NCBI GenBank assembly: GCA_017540545.1
Contig: JAFYAV010000002.1
Span: 178,588-242,587 of the forward strand
Length of the DNA stretch: 64,000 nucleotides
Reading direction: 5' to 3'
Source: Candidatus Saccharimonadota bacterium
Lineage (GTDB): Bacteria > Patescibacteriota > Saccharimonadia > Saccharimonadales > Saccharimonadaceae
Shown piece by piece: positions 11,035-20,137 of the stretch (its first letter is position 1; each line of letters opens with the position of its first letter). Both the position numbers and the translations under genes were made by a program. The notes beneath the pieces are model-generated. The model saw nothing but the letters and a program-made list of their open reading frames with translations. It did not search any database and had not been told where the DNA came from.

Positions 11035-11060
11035 ATACCCCCCAGACGGGGGGTATTTTT
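11035..11060. terminator. Bidirectional terminator between convergent genes
   Basis: 9-bp stem ATACCCCCC/GGGGGGTAT, AGAC loop, T-run on plus and A-run upstream. Confidence 0.75.
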
Positions 11061-11076
11061 GTCTGGTAACTGAAAT

Positions 11077-11484
11077 TTATTTTTCCTCTACCGAAATATC
11101 CAATTTATCATCTACGGTCATGTGATATACTTTTGTCTCTATCGCGTCTCCACCATCTTCGGTAATATCCTTATATTCAAAAACTACATCCGTTTCGCCC
11201 GTCTTGAGCGCTTTAAAGGAATAAGTTTCCTCAACGCTACCCCCATCCATACCTGGGTCAAGATCTTTTGATTCTACACCCACATACTCAATTACCGAAT
11301 CATCACCAATTTCATATAACCACTTATATGGGACTCCTCCGTTCGTTTCGAGGGTAATTTTAACTGAGCCCGGAGCCGTCTGCGACATCTTAATGATGCT
11401 CATTATCACTACGACAATTGCCACTACGCCAAGCACTACAGCCGCCAACATGGCAATCCGTCGAGTTGGCTTAATATTTTGCAT
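11077..11484 (-). CDS. Chagasin-like (I42 family) cysteine-peptidase inhibitor, membrane-anchored
   Basis: N-terminal TM; LETNGGVPYKWLYEI ... GGSVEETYSFKALKTGETDVVFEYK resembles the NPTTGY.W / G..G...F.F.A...G...L.F.Y pattern of chagasin family. Confidence 0.55.
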   Translation of the reverse strand: MQNIKPTRRIAMLAAVVLGVVAIVVVIMSIIKMSQTAPGSVKITLETNGGVPYKWLYEIGDDSVIEYVGVESKDLDPGMDGGSVEETYSFKALKTGETDVVFEYKDITEDGGDAIETKVYHMTVDDKLDISVEEK

Positions 11485-11568
11485 TATTCATCCTCCTTAT
11501 GTCTAAATTGTAGCATATCTCCTTCCCGCCAACTCTGCTACAATAAAGGCAGTTAAGCGAGATTAATT

Positions 11569-13176
11569 ATGTACACTAACGATAAAATTCTCGTCGGCAA
11601 ATCCGACAAACAAGAACTGTCAATTCTCTTAAATATGGCTAATCGCCACGGACTCATCACGGGCGCTAGCGGCTCCGGCAAAACTATTACCCTCAAAGTA
11701 ATAGCCGAAAGCTTCTCCGATGCTGGCGTACCAGTTTTCCTCGCCGATGTTAAAGGCGATCTTGCCGGCACGGCCGTCGAAGGCGAAATGAACGAAAACG
11801 TCCAGAAACGCGTCGACCAACTCGATCTTAAAAAATATGGCTTTGAATGCAAGAAATTCCCAGTCCGTTTCTGGGATCTTTACGGCGAAAACGGCCACCC
11901 AATTCGCGCCACTATCGAATCCGTCGGCCCAGACGTACTCTCGATGATGCTTGGTCTATCCGAAGCTCAGGAGGGCAATCTAGACATCGTCTTTGAAGTC
12001 GCCAAGGATGAAGGTTTACAATTAATCAATCTCGCAGATCTTCGCTCGACGTTGCAATATGTCGCCGAAAATAAAGACAAATACATCACCAAATACGGCA
12101 ATATCACTACGCAAAGCGTTGGCGTCATCCAGCGCAGCCTGCTCGCACTAGAAAAGCAGGGCGCAGACAAGTTCTTCGGAGAGCCCGCGCTAGACATTCA
12201 AGACTTTTTCGCAAACGACACCGATGGTCGCGGCATGATTAATATCCTTCACGCGGTCGAGCTATTCCAGAGCCCAGATTTATATGCCTCATTCCTGCTC
12301 TGGCTACTCAACACGCTATTCGTCACCTCGCCAGAAGTTGGCGATTTGCCGAAGCCCAAAATCGTCTTCTTCTTCGATGAGGCGCATCTGCTATTCAATG
12401 GCATGCCCGCCTATCGTCTCAAAAGAATCACTCAGGTGGTTAAGCTTATTCGCTCGCGCGGCATCGGTCTATACTTCGTCTCACAGAAGCCGACCGACAT
12501 CCCTGACGATATTCTCGCCCAACTTGGCAACCGCGTCCAACATTCGCTCCGCGCCTATACGCCAACCGAGCTTAAAGTCGTAAAGGCTGCCGCCGGCGCC
12601 TTCCGCGCCAACAAAGCCTTTGATACCGAAAAGGCCATTTCTGAACTAGGCACTGGCGAAGCGCTCGTATCCTTCCAAGACGAAAAGGGCACTCCAACCA
12701 TCGTGGAGCGAGTCACGATTCTGCCGCCGCAAAGCTCCATGGGAACCATCGACGATATAACTCGTAATCGCATAATTAATAACAGCAGCCTATGCGGCAA
12801 ATACGACGAGGCTATCGATAACGAGACCGCCCACGAGAAAATCTCTAAGCACAACGAAGAAAAAGCTACGGCCGCCGAAGAGGAACGCAAGCGCATCGAA
12901 GCCGAAAAGCAGGCCGCAAAAGAAGCTAAAGAGGCGGAAAAGCAAGCCAAAGAAGCCGAAAAACAGGCCAAAGCCGAGGAGCGCGCCAGAACACTAGAGG
13001 AAAAACAAAAAGCCGCTCTCGAACGCGAAAAAGCCAAGCTCGAAGAAAAGAAAAAGGCTAATAGCCTTGGTGGTAAAATCGAGAAAACCGTCACCACCGG
13101 CGTTCAACGTGGCGTCACTAACGCTATCTCTAGCACAATATCCAAAACGCTCAGGGGCATATTTAAGTTTAAGTAA
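11569..13176 (+). CDS. HerA-like / DUF853 family P-loop NTPase with Lys/Glu-rich tail
   Basis: NRHGLITGASGSGKTITLKVIAE Walker A, IVFFFDEAHLLF Walker B; C-terminal EAEKQAKEAEKQAK-type repeats. Confidence 0.8.
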   Translation: MYTNDKILVGKSDKQELSILLNMANRHGLITGASGSGKTITLKVIAESFSDAGVPVFLADVKGDLAGTAVEGEMNENVQKRVDQLDLKKYGFECKKFPVRFWDLYGENGHPIRATIESVGPDVLSMMLGLSEAQEGNLDIVFEVAKDEGLQLINLADLRSTLQYVAENKDKYITKYGNITTQSVGVIQRSLLALEKQGADKFFGEPALDIQDFFANDTDGRGMINILHAVELFQSPDLYASFLLWLLNTLFVTSPEVGDLPKPKIVFFFDEAHLLFNGMPAYRLKRITQVVKLIRSRGIGLYFVSQKPTDIPDDILAQLGNRVQHSLRAYTPTELKVVKAAAGAFRANKAFDTEKAISELGTGEALVSFQDEKGTPTIVERVTILPPQSSMGTIDDITRNRIINNSSLCGKYDEAIDNETAHEKISKHNEEKATAAEEERKRIEAEKQAAKEAKEAEKQAKEAEKQAKAEERARTLEEKQKAALEREKAKLEEKKKANSLGGKIEKTVTTGVQRGVTNAISSTISKTLRGIFKFK

Positions 13177-13246
13177 CTCGCCGACAGGCAATAGCCAAAT
13201 GCACCCATCCAGTATAGGATGGGGTATTTGATAGCATTTATAATCT

Positions 13247-13636
13247 TTACAATTCAACGTAGCCTATCCAAGCTTCTTTGTCTATCCCTGGCTTTTTATA
13301 GTCACCAGAAAAAACATGTACTCCGAAACCATATGGCGTGCCAACATTGTCCATTGCTTCATATATGTCGTTTGTTACCGTATCGTAGCTAGTACCCTTA
13401 TCGTAATGATTTCGAACGAGCGTGCCAGACTGCTGATATCCTTCCGTGTCTTCCCATTCACCCCCCACAGATACCGTAAAACCGTCTTCCAACTGCGTAG
13501 CTTTTTCCACTAGCCCTTCCAACTTTTCCCTCCATGTCTCATTCTGCTCACCATTAAGATTTGGTTCCATATCGCTCCACCCGTTAGGCGATTCGGCGTT
13601 TTTAGCTTTTTCGTGGTCCTGTTGCATTTGTTGCAC
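13247..13636 (-). CDS. Hypothetical protein
   Basis: 129-aa ORF with GAGGTG Shine-Dalgarno 6 nt upstream of the ATG; no recognisable domain. Confidence 0.6.
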   Translation of the reverse strand: MQQMQQDHEKAKNAESPNGWSDMEPNLNGEQNETWREKLEGLVEKATQLEDGFTVSVGGEWEDTEGYQQSGTLVRNHYDKGTSYDTVTNDIYEAMDNVGTPYGFGVHVFSGDYKKPGIDKEAWIGYVEL

Positions 13637-13871
13637 CTCTTTTTACTTATTTTTAATATAACATCAACTATCGCAATCATGAAAAAAATAAAACCTTGCA
13701 CTTCGCCGCCAGACCCCTCTTCATTAGAGCGCCACGGCAAAAGCTTAGCGCGGGCATTATTTTCTACAACAGACATTAAACCAATGGCAATGGTATAATG
13801 GTAGTCAAAAATAAATCATTGCCCCATTTAATAAGATCAAAATTTTATTAGAGAGAACATGGAGGCCTAAA

Positions 13872-14390
13872 ATGTCTACACTAAACAAAAAACTAACAAT
13901 ATCCATACCCATTTTAATCACCATCATCGTTTCGGTAGTTGCTATAACGATTTTGATGAATAACCATAAACCAGACGCCGATCCAAACCTAAATTCCACC
14001 AATAATTCAGAAGAATCAGTTAACAGTGAACCTAAAACGGAGACTACAAAAATGGACAAAATGTTCGTGACTATAAGTGACAAAAAATATGAAATAAAAC
14101 TAGAAAATAATTCTACTGTTTCTGCACTTATGCAAGAATTACCGCTAGAAGTATCCATGAGCGATTTAAATAATAACGAAAAATATGTCGACCTAGACAG
14201 TTCGTTGCCAACAAATACTTACAGCCCGAAACATATCGAAGCCGGAGACGTAATGCTATTCGGCAATAACTGTCTCGTAGTATTCTACGAATCTTTCGAT
14301 ACAAGCTATAGCTATACAAGAATTGGACATATCGACAATCTGCCAAACCTCGGTAGCGGCAGTATCTCTACGACTTTCAGCGCCGAATAA
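13872..14390 (+). CDS. Cyclophilin-like-fold domain protein, membrane-anchored
   Basis: GGAGG SD; N-terminal TM; NSTVSALMQELPLEVSMSDLNNNEKY...AGDVMLFGNNCLVVFYESF..SYSYTRIGHI matches the cyclophilin-like family pattern. Confidence 0.6.
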   Translation: MSTLNKKLTISIPILITIIVSVVAITILMNNHKPDADPNLNSTNNSEESVNSEPKTETTKMDKMFVTISDKKYEIKLENNSTVSALMQELPLEVSMSDLNNNEKYVDLDSSLPTNTYSPKHIEAGDVMLFGNNCLVVFYESFDTSYSYTRIGHIDNLPNLGSGSISTTFSAE

Positions 14391-14501
14391 ATTAATATCT
14401 TTAAGTACGTATCAATATTATGTCCTTAGCGCGATACGGAAATTAGTCTTTACGCTCTAAATCTTGATAACTCATTAATACTCCAAGGATTTTTATGAGT
14501 A

Positions 14502-14693
14502 AATATTCATCATATCCACGTTAGGAGTATAAATGGCAAAGAAAATCATGCCACGCTCCATGTTGTAGTCAAAAAATACGACAAGAATATTAAGAACGCC
14601 GTAAAGGAGGTTTTGAAGAAGCACAATATTTCACATTCCGTAATAGAAATCGAGCAGGCGGATGAGGAGTGCCAAGAAAAAATCTGCAAATAG
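14502..14693 (+). pseudogene. C-terminal remnant of a cation-diffusion-facilitator (CzcD/ZitB-type) transporter
   Basis: Start-less open frame IFIHIHVRSINGKENHATLHVVVKKYDKNIKNAVKEVLKKHNISHSVIEIEQADEECQEKICK* matches the cytoplasmic C-terminal domain pattern of CDF transporters; the TM part is missing. Confidence 0.5.
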
Positions 14694-14865
14694 CATATGT
14701 AGAACCATGAAAAATTGCGCTTGGACCTAGAAAAGATTTCGAACCTGAGCTTTTCCGCAGGTTCCCTGTTGGTGGATGTTACGTTTTGATTAGGAATCGC
14801 AAAGAAATGAACATTGAACCAGTGTAAAGGAATTAGTTAATTCCTACAATGTCATTGAGGAAGTA

Positions 14866-15543
14866 TTAGCTATTGCGTAATTCTTTAATTCTATTAATAA
14901 TCTTAGCCATATCTGTAAAACGTTCTGACGCCTTATCGAACTTTATCTTACAGAACCCCTCGACTAAGTCCTTATTATAATCAAGTAGCTTACCAAAGAA
15001 GGTAGGTACTGCATAGTGCCTCTTCGAATATTTGGGAATCATCATTCCGTCCGAGAAACCTTTCTCGATATTAGAAGCGTTAATAGTTTCTGCGGCTGCA
15101 TTGATGGCATTTTCGTAGTTGGACGGCGATTCGGCTACAGCCACGTCTAGACCGGCCAATAACGCCAAGACGAAGAATTCGAAATTCGGTCTATTAATAA
15201 CTAGCTCGTAGCCGGCTTCATGTACCATTATTTCGAACTCTTCAAGAATAACGCCATGCTTCTCCATGTAATCGTAGTCGCATACCAACCATTTTTCTAG
15301 GTTATCTCCATTGGAAAAATCGCATAAGGGTCCGTCCGTCCTCTTTTGAAACCCCAAATCTAATGCTTCATTGGCGGCTTCAATTATCTTATTATGCCCG
15401 TGAACACCATTTAGCGGCACGGGCACGACAGCAACACTTGCGCCACTCTGGTTAATTGATTGACCACTAAAAGCCCTGTCTAACTCCCTAATAAAAGCAG
15501 GTTCGCTATTTTCGCCTTCAGTACATATAGCTAGATACAACAT
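14866..15543 (-). CDS. RloB-like (Toprim-related) protein, AbiLii-like
   Basis: N-terminus LYLAICTEGENSEPAFI matches the RloB hallmark (CEGe.tEp.Y); start overlaps the ATPase stop (TAATG). Confidence 0.7.
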   Translation of the reverse strand: MLYLAICTEGENSEPAFIRELDRAFSGQSINQSGASVAVVPVPLNGVHGHNKIIEAANEALDLGFQKRTDGPLCDFSNGDNLEKWLVCDYDYMEKHGVILEEFEIMVHEAGYELVINRPNFEFFVLALLAGLDVAVAESPSNYENAINAAAETINASNIEKGFSDGMMIPKYSKRHYAVPTFFGKLLDYNKDLVEGFCKIKFDKASERFTDMAKIINRIKELRNS

Positions 15544-16718
15544 TACAATCTCACATTTGGCGTTGCGCCTAGCAAGCCTTTATTATATTTTCTCTCAATT
15601 GAGACGTCGTCATTTCTTATATAATTTGGCGCTGTTTCTATTTTTGATTCTTCATTATGATTCTTGCTTACAAAACGGATATTTTCTTTACCTAGCTGGT
15701 TCTGCAATTGAGTACAGTGGGTATTTACTATTAATTGAGCTTTCTTACTATTGTTCTGATCTTCAAACAGCTTTGCAAGCAACTTGCATTCCACCGGATG
15801 TAGATTATTTTCAAACTCATCTATGTATAATATCTTTCCATTCTCTATCGTATCGAGGAGAGGGTAAGCCATGTCGAAGAACCGCTTCGTGCCAGTGGAT
15901 TCATGCGCCGCGAGATCAAATTTCTTAACGCCGGAAACCACACCGTTCTCGTCATGAATTACGTGCAATGTAGAAACCTCATAGCTCTTTCTGTCCATAT
16001 TGGCCTTAAACTCTTCGGTAAATGGCAAATCCTTATAAAATTTTTCTGGCAATTCCACCGTAGACACTACAAGGTCTTGGATAGACATATCTGCACTGCG
16101 TAGAAGCTCAAGAACTTTTTGCTTGAAAGCAGAATCTTCCATAGTTTTTTTAGCAGTCAAAGCCGTGAGCTGTTCACCACTGATTAGATTGAAATTATTT
16201 AACCAATCGAAAACATCTTTTGCGTATTTATTATTGTCTTCCCATGCCTTAGTCAGCACTAATGCGTCTGGGCGCGTACGCCTTAATAGGTCATTGCTAA
16301 AGCCTTTCTCGGCATATCTGTCTTCTTTATTCATAGAATTACGGCGGAAAACCGTTTCAAAACTGGAATCTTTTTTATTACGAACTTTTAAATACTCATC
16401 TTTAACTGCGCCCAATAGCAACGAAAAGCCATATCGATATACTTTGTCATCATTTTCCATTTCCGCTTCAAAACAAGTAGGGTTCTTTCCGGCAGATGTG
16501 CTAAGTAAAAAATCCTCATATCGCATTACTTGTCCTTCGAAACGAGTAGACATGCGAATAAAATCTCTATAAAACATCATTGCTTTAAAGAGATTAGTTT
16601 TACCGGCACCGTTAGGGCCATATATTGCGGTGACATTCTTAGGTCCATCGCTAAATTCTATCTTTTGAGAGTCCTTAAAAGACCTATAGTTGGTCACACT
16701 AAAGTTACGCAGCCTCAT
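15543..16718 (-). CDS. AAA_21/ABC-type ATPase, AbiLi/RloA-like
   Basis: MRLRNFSVTNYRSFKD...AIYGPNGAGKTNLFKAM Walker A; YIDEFENNLHP Walker B/D-loop; NTHCTQL. Confidence 0.8.
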   Translation of the reverse strand: MRLRNFSVTNYRSFKDSQKIEFSDGPKNVTAIYGPNGAGKTNLFKAMMFYRDFIRMSTRFEGQVMRYEDFLLSTSAGKNPTCFEAEMENDDKVYRYGFSLLLGAVKDEYLKVRNKKDSSFETVFRRNSMNKEDRYAEKGFSNDLLRRTRPDALVLTKAWEDNNKYAKDVFDWLNNFNLISGEQLTALTAKKTMEDSAFKQKVLELLRSADMSIQDLVVSTVELPEKFYKDLPFTEEFKANMDRKSYEVSTLHVIHDENGVVSGVKKFDLAAHESTGTKRFFDMAYPLLDTIENGKILYIDEFENNLHPVECKLLAKLFEDQNNSKKAQLIVNTHCTQLQNQLGKENIRFVSKNHNEESKIETAPNYIRNDDVSIERKYNKGLLGATPNVRL

Positions 16719-17124
16719 TGAGTCCTTTCATTAGTTGTATTGATTATAGCACAGATATTTTCCAAAGTCAATATATTCTGCTATTTTTTTGCAGAAAAAT
16801 GGTATTTTGGAAAATATCTTATAATACATACCCTCAACTATTAATAATCGCAACCAAGAGCATATTGCCACACAGGGGCTATGAAACAGCGGTCATTATA
16901 GCATCTAACTCTAACAGGGGGACTCCACTTGTTTACAAGTGGATATTTTTATGGAAAAAGTACTGTTTAACCGCTTGTACGCAAGCGGTGCTTACGGGAG
17001 CGGCACCGATTATTTACGATCGGTGAAATATGGCCAAATTACACAATAAACAAGAATAAAGCAATACTCCACTATCCACTACAACAGTAGTGGACGTCTG
17101 ATGAGTTTTGTCAGCTTAAGCGTA

Positions 17125-17153
17125 TTGACAAATAGCACAAAATAGTGTAAAAT
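17125..17153 (+). promoter_or_regulatory. Sigma-70-type promoter of the G5-domain gene
   Basis: TTGACA (17125-17130), 17-nt spacer, TAAAAT (17148-17153). Confidence 0.6.
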
Positions 17154-17180
17154 ATACATAATACATCATAAGGAATTATT

Positions 17181-17723
17181 ATGGGAGTAATACCCGAGAA
17201 AATAGCTATTTCACTAGGCGTAACCGCTGCGGCAGGCCTTATTCTTGGCGGAGTAGTATTGAGCACTACTAATATCAATAGAGCAGATAACGACCAGACT
17301 CAAGCTCAACAAACCGCACCAGAACGCACCATTACTGAAACAAAGAAAGAATCCATCAGCTATGAAACCAAGACAGTGGAGGATGGCTCCATCGAATATG
17401 GCCAAACTGTAGTTAGAGCCGAAGGATCATATGGCGAAAAAACTTACACTTATAATGTTACCTATGAAGGCGACAAAGAAATTTCAAGAGAACTCGTAAA
17501 AGAAGAGATTACCAAACAACCAGTAGCAAAAGTAATTGCAAAAGGAACTAAAATTGTCTGGCACTGCGTAGATGCAACATCGTATAACAAAAACCCATAC
17601 GACGACAATAAGTGCACTAGTAGCACTGGTGAAATTCGTTATGTTTCAGACTCTCAATCACGCGCCCTCGATCCGTCTTATAGCCCGGGCCAATCTGGCC
17701 ACTATTATTACAACAGTAAATAA
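17181..17723 (+). CDS. G5-domain protein, membrane-anchored
   Basis: N-terminal TM; YETKTVEDGSIEYGQTVVRAEGSYGEKTYTYNVTYEGDKEISRELVKEEITKQPVAKVIAKGTK is a G5 domain. Confidence 0.75.
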   Translation: MGVIPEKIAISLGVTAAAGLILGGVVLSTTNINRADNDQTQAQQTAPERTITETKKESISYETKTVEDGSIEYGQTVVRAEGSYGEKTYTYNVTYEGDKEISRELVKEEITKQPVAKVIAKGTKIVWHCVDATSYNKNPYDDNKCTSSTGEIRYVSDSQSRALDPSYSPGQSGHYYYNSK

Positions 17724-17801
17724 TAAGCCGCTATCAAAATATCGTCAGAAATGGCGATATTTTTTCTGGATTTATAATCAAAACGATCATAAGATCCGAT
17801 C

Positions 17802-17999
17802 ATGAAATATACAATCACGATAGAAGAAACGTGCACAAAAGACTTCGATATTGAAGCCGAAAGCGCCGAAGAAGCCTGTGAAATAGCTGAACAAAACTAT
17901 AAATCAGGCGAGTTTGTCCTAGACCCAGGCGAGCGTCAGTTTAAGCAAATAGCTATTGCGACACCGAGTGATGGAACTACAGAATGGCGAGAGTTTTAG
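17802..17999 (+). CDS. DpnD/PcfM-like small acidic protein
   Basis: 65 aa; MKYTITIEETCTKDFDIEAESAEEACEIAEQNYKSGEFVLDPGE resembles the DpnD/PcfM family seen in R-M cassettes and conjugative elements. Confidence 0.5.
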   Translation: MKYTITIEETCTKDFDIEAESAEEACEIAEQNYKSGEFVLDPGERQFKQIAIATPSDGTTEWREF

Positions 18000-20137
18000 A
18001 TTTCTTGAATTCCGAGACTCTTTAGATACTCGTACGTTCCGTCGTAGAATTCAGGCAGGCGTGTACTATCTTCCCAAAAACCATTCGGAGATTTATTCTT
18101 ATTCCCCTCAGGAACACAAATAATCATACCGGCACGAGCGCGCGTAAGTAATACGCGATACGCATTCAGCATATACTTCTGTTTTTCGCGATTATTCTCA
18201 GTTCTTCCGAGTTGCTCGATCCATTTCGTATTACCATTAAAGGAGTAATAATGCCATCTTCCATTCTCGTATCGCATATCCGCATCCCAAAGTAGGCAAG
18301 TATAATCTAGTTCAAGGCCCTGCACCTGAATCTCCGTCGCAGCGTCTTCAAGATAGTTTGACGAACGCGTATCAGTTTTATCTTCTAGGAACCAATGAAC
18401 GGCATTTTCGTCGCCGGACGGCAAAATATGAATTGCTAGCGGTTTAAATCGCGCCGCTTCTTTAGTGACGAGTACGCCAGTGCGCTCTGTCCCTCTAGCT
18501 TTTTCGTGTAGCCATTTTCGCGCTTTAGCCATGTCACGAGTTAATAGAATAGGATATTTATCCTTTATTTCGTCATACAGCTCCGCAGCATTATCATCAA
18601 AAGCGAGCAGAGAGTGAACGAAAGCAGATACTTTTTCGGAACGATATGAACGGAGCGAGACGCTTAGATGTAAATTATTCGAATACGTTACATTCGGATT
18701 ATCGGCCAAAAGCTCATTAACTTTGCCCTCGGCATATTCCGGTTCAGTCAGCTCTGGGGAGATATAAACATTCCAGTGACGATACTTTTCATTAAGGGCT
18801 TTTATCCACTCAGAGATACCCGCTTCGCCGGTATTAATTTCTTGACCACCGCCAACTAGACAAACAATAACTGCCCAGTCCCTGCGTTGGTCAAGCGACC
18901 AAATCAAGAAAGCTGCTTCTGACATCGGAAAATTCGGAACTTTGAGTTTATTACCGTATGTTCCACCGCGTTTTAAGTAATTGGCGAGCCTTTCATGCGT
19001 CCACGAGCGCTGCGCTTCATCGAATATAGCGACATGTTCAACCTCGCCAAAGCCAGATGCGCCCATTTCGACGGCCTTATTTGGATCTATCTCTAGAACG
19101 CCGTTCTCGACTGGATTTTTAATTTTCGCGAGCATATTATCGCGATAGCGATGAATCATCTGAATAGATTTACGAACTTCGCGACGAGAATCAGTAAGCT
19201 TCTTCTGTTCGCCACGCGCCTTTGCTTTTCTGAAATTATCCTGCGCTAAAGCCTCATTTAAAACTGCCACAAGTGGCCCATTTCCAGATAAATATACTGC
19301 TCCGTCATCTTTTGCCGGATCGTTAGAACCATCACGATACGTTTGTTTAATTGCTACATCTAGACCAACCAATGTCTTGCCGGCGCCAGGAACGCCCGTA
19401 ACGAAACAAATGCTTTTCTTTCCATTCTTCTCACTATCCTGAATGACATCTAGGATGTATTGAATCGTTCTTTCTGTAGAAACATTATCCGCTTCATGAC
19501 GAGTGATATCTTCCACTGAATGATTTTCGTATAGCAAACGAGCCGCTTCGATAATTGTTGGAGTAGGAGCATATGGGCTAATTGACCACCTCTCGTCAAC
19601 CGGCATCTCGTCTGGATAAGCACCTAATACATTTTCAATTACATTACTGAGCTCGTTACTGTTCGAAACAAGCGGATTTATAACCTTGTCATCATAGACG
19701 GACATTTGAACTTGTGTCGAATAATTTACATAATTCGTAGCGACAAGAATAGGTGCGATGATTTTGTCTTCGCTAAATTTATGGAAGTTCTTTAAATCTA
19801 GCGCGTAGTCGAAGACTTGATCGATATCGGCCTCCAAAATATTGGCTTGGCCAACCTTAAACTCGATACAGAAAATGATGCCGCGATAAAGCAAAACTAC
19901 ATCTACGCGCTTACCTAAACGCGGGATATTATATTCGAATATTATGCGCCCGCTTTTATCATTCAACCTTGCCACAATATTGCGCATGACCAGTATTTCT
20001 TCCTTCCATGCGTCGACTTGTGTCGTCTGTACTTGCCCATTATAGTTTTCAACAAGAATTCCCATAATAGACCTTTCGTCATTGTCTAGGAAGCCACATA
20101 AATCGTTTTCATATAGACAGCGAGGACTCTTATTCAT
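17996..20137 (-). CDS. PD-(D/E)xK nuclease + DUF2075/Schlafen-type SF1 helicase protein (copy A)
   Basis: N-terminal FEYNIPRLGKRVDVVLLYRGIIFCIEFKVGQ (E..D..E.K core); Walker A FVTGVPGAGKTLVGL; Walker B VAIFDEAQRSW; motif VI-like VLLTRARAGMIICV; 713 aa. Confidence 0.8.
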   Translation of the reverse strand: MNKSPRCLYENDLCGFLDNDERSIMGILVENYNGQVQTTQVDAWKEEILVMRNIVARLNDKSGRIIFEYNIPRLGKRVDVVLLYRGIIFCIEFKVGQANILEADIDQVFDYALDLKNFHKFSEDKIIAPILVATNYVNYSTQVQMSVYDDKVINPLVSNSNELSNVIENVLGAYPDEMPVDERWSISPYAPTPTIIEAARLLYENHSVEDITRHEADNVSTERTIQYILDVIQDSEKNGKKSICFVTGVPGAGKTLVGLDVAIKQTYRDGSNDPAKDDGAVYLSGNGPLVAVLNEALAQDNFRKAKARGEQKKLTDSRREVRKSIQMIHRYRDNMLAKIKNPVENGVLEIDPNKAVEMGASGFGEVEHVAIFDEAQRSWTHERLANYLKRGGTYGNKLKVPNFPMSEAAFLIWSLDQRRDWAVIVCLVGGGQEINTGEAGISEWIKALNEKYRHWNVYISPELTEPEYAEGKVNELLADNPNVTYSNNLHLSVSLRSYRSEKVSAFVHSLLAFDDNAAELYDEIKDKYPILLTRDMAKARKWLHEKARGTERTGVLVTKEAARFKPLAIHILPSGDENAVHWFLEDKTDTRSSNYLEDAATEIQVQGLELDYTCLLWDADMRYENGRWHYYSFNGNTKWIEQLGRTENNREKQKYMLNAYRVLLTRARAGMIICVPEGNKNKSPNGFWEDSTRLPEFYDGTYEYLKSLGIQEI

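Noticed and set aside
16718-17026. 102-aa plus-strand ORF in the AbiL-upstream spacer
   Set aside because: No SD. The composition is odd, hydrophobic and low in complexity. It spans the palindromic hairpins and begins inside the ATPase start region, so it is most likely non-coding.
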